DNA from: Haliotis cracherodii
Taxonomy: Eukaryota
NCBI RefSeq assembly: GCF_022045235.1
Contig: NW_027266297.1
Coordinates: forward strand, 6,014,001 to 6,078,000
DNA length: 64,000 bases
Reading direction: 5' to 3'
Positions 62,605-64,000 of this stretch are shown piece by piece (the first letter of the stretch is position 1; the number at the start of each line of letters is the position of its first letter). The position numbers and the translations under genes were made by a program. The notes below the pieces were generated by a model that saw only the letters and a list, made by a program, of their open reading frames with translations, did no database searches and had not been told where the DNA came from.

Positions 62605-64000
62605 TGATCATTAAAGACATTGAATCATTTATTTATATGGGATATTGTACGAGCGCTTCATGCAATGCGAATTTCGCACTCGATTATAAATCATCTTTTA
62701 TCGATCCGAGATCACACCTAAGCCAACTTTACAGAATATGCTCCATCACCCTGCCAAAACCGATCATTAATAACGTCTTATAAGATCTGACTGTAAGCCA
62801 AAGTAACGCCGAAGCTAAACAAATTACGTCCATTCTACACAACAGAATAGCATATGCCAGACAGTATTACTTATCCACTAAACGTAATTGACAACAGGTA
62901 GACGACCACGGTGAATAAGAGGACGTTACAGTTTGCAAAAATCGACTTCGATAAGCATAACATGACTGTGTGAAAAAACATCCTCCCAACAGAAAATCCG
63001 TTACAATACCAAAAGCAAATCTGTTTAGGTTGTCTGCCCTTTGATCTAAACTTTATTCGTCGGCGCGTCACATGACGTCTTCAGTGTCCGCATGTTTGAA
63101 CGCTGACCAATGAGAAACACCTCTGCTAACACAGCTTACATGAAAGTGACAGGTCATTATCAGTTTGGCAGGAATTGTAAGTCTGTCTATGTCCGAGCGA
63201 CTGTTGCCAAGTCTCAGTACGTCCGCTAGGTGTCGCTACCACGTGTAATCCGGTCTAAGACTGGTCACTTTCTGTCCAGTTCCCGTCATCTTCAGGTGTG
63301 ACTTTGTCACTGAGATTGTCCAGTGTCAGGAACGGCGTCCCGACACAAAGGCCACCCACAGTTTGACTGACAGATTGTAATACCGTTTGACAAAAGGTGC
63401 AAGCGCGGGTTTGATTTGGCGATTGAAAACAATGCATACTAATCCCTAATTTTCCTCTTGGTTTAGCTGGTATGCCCGCTTGTCACACTTTCAATTAACT
63501 GCCAATCACTGACCATTATTTCCCAGTGAGTCAGCTAGCCGTTCTGATACGGTTTATTTAGTCGACACGGGTCCCCGAGGGATAGGCATCAGAAGTAATA
63601 GGGGCCAAGGAATGTGAAATAGCGGGTATTTAACACGGAGGTCGAGGAAATTGTTCGCTAAAACACACTGAAACGGAAGACAAACAGACTTTTGTGGTAT
63701 CTTGTCCCAATATCAGTGCTATATCGCAGAACATCTGCAGTCAGGCGAACAACGCTTGTAATTCAGACATCAATAGCGTGTCTATTGGAACTGCAGTGGT
63801 GGACGACTCATTCCGCCTACAGCAGACCACAGAACCACAGTTCTTGTCAATAGGACATGACTTCATACCGATTATGACACTTGACAACAACCCATGGAAT
63901 AGACAGAAATGATCAGATCGAACAAACCATGTAGCAACCCTGTGATCAATATCGACTATCTGCTATTTTTGTAGATCTAAAAACAAATGTCAATTCCTCA

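Overview
Eukaryotic genomic DNA from an invertebrate, very probably a gastropod mollusc such as abalone. The taxon is inferred from the SINE families and has not been verified by a search. The left end holds five coding exons (6620->1442, minus strand, all splice phases consistent) of a secreted, Cys-rich protein resembling the DUF7044/DUF7042-type family; the gene continues off the left edge. A decayed DIRS-like 5' end probably lies in its last visible intron. About 240 bp upstream of the ATG sits a complete, very young Gypsy-type LTR retrotransposon (6864-12834). It has identical 195-bp LTRs, non-canonical CG...CG termini, a 3-bp TSD, a tRNA-Leu-type PBS, an LADD RT motif, one nonsense codon and one frameshift. 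The remaining ~51 kb has no recognisable protein-coding exons. It consists of unique non-coding DNA, about 30 SINE copies from four families, and about ten minisatellite arrays that produce spurious long ORFs. The most intriguing signal is SINE family A: it has no tRNA head but a fixed, TSD-defined 5' end at GACCC(G/C)TGAAGAT that can fold into tandem pseudoknots, making it a candidate ribozyme or 5'-end-defining RNA. The second most notable is a minisatellite built from a duplicated 3' splice site.
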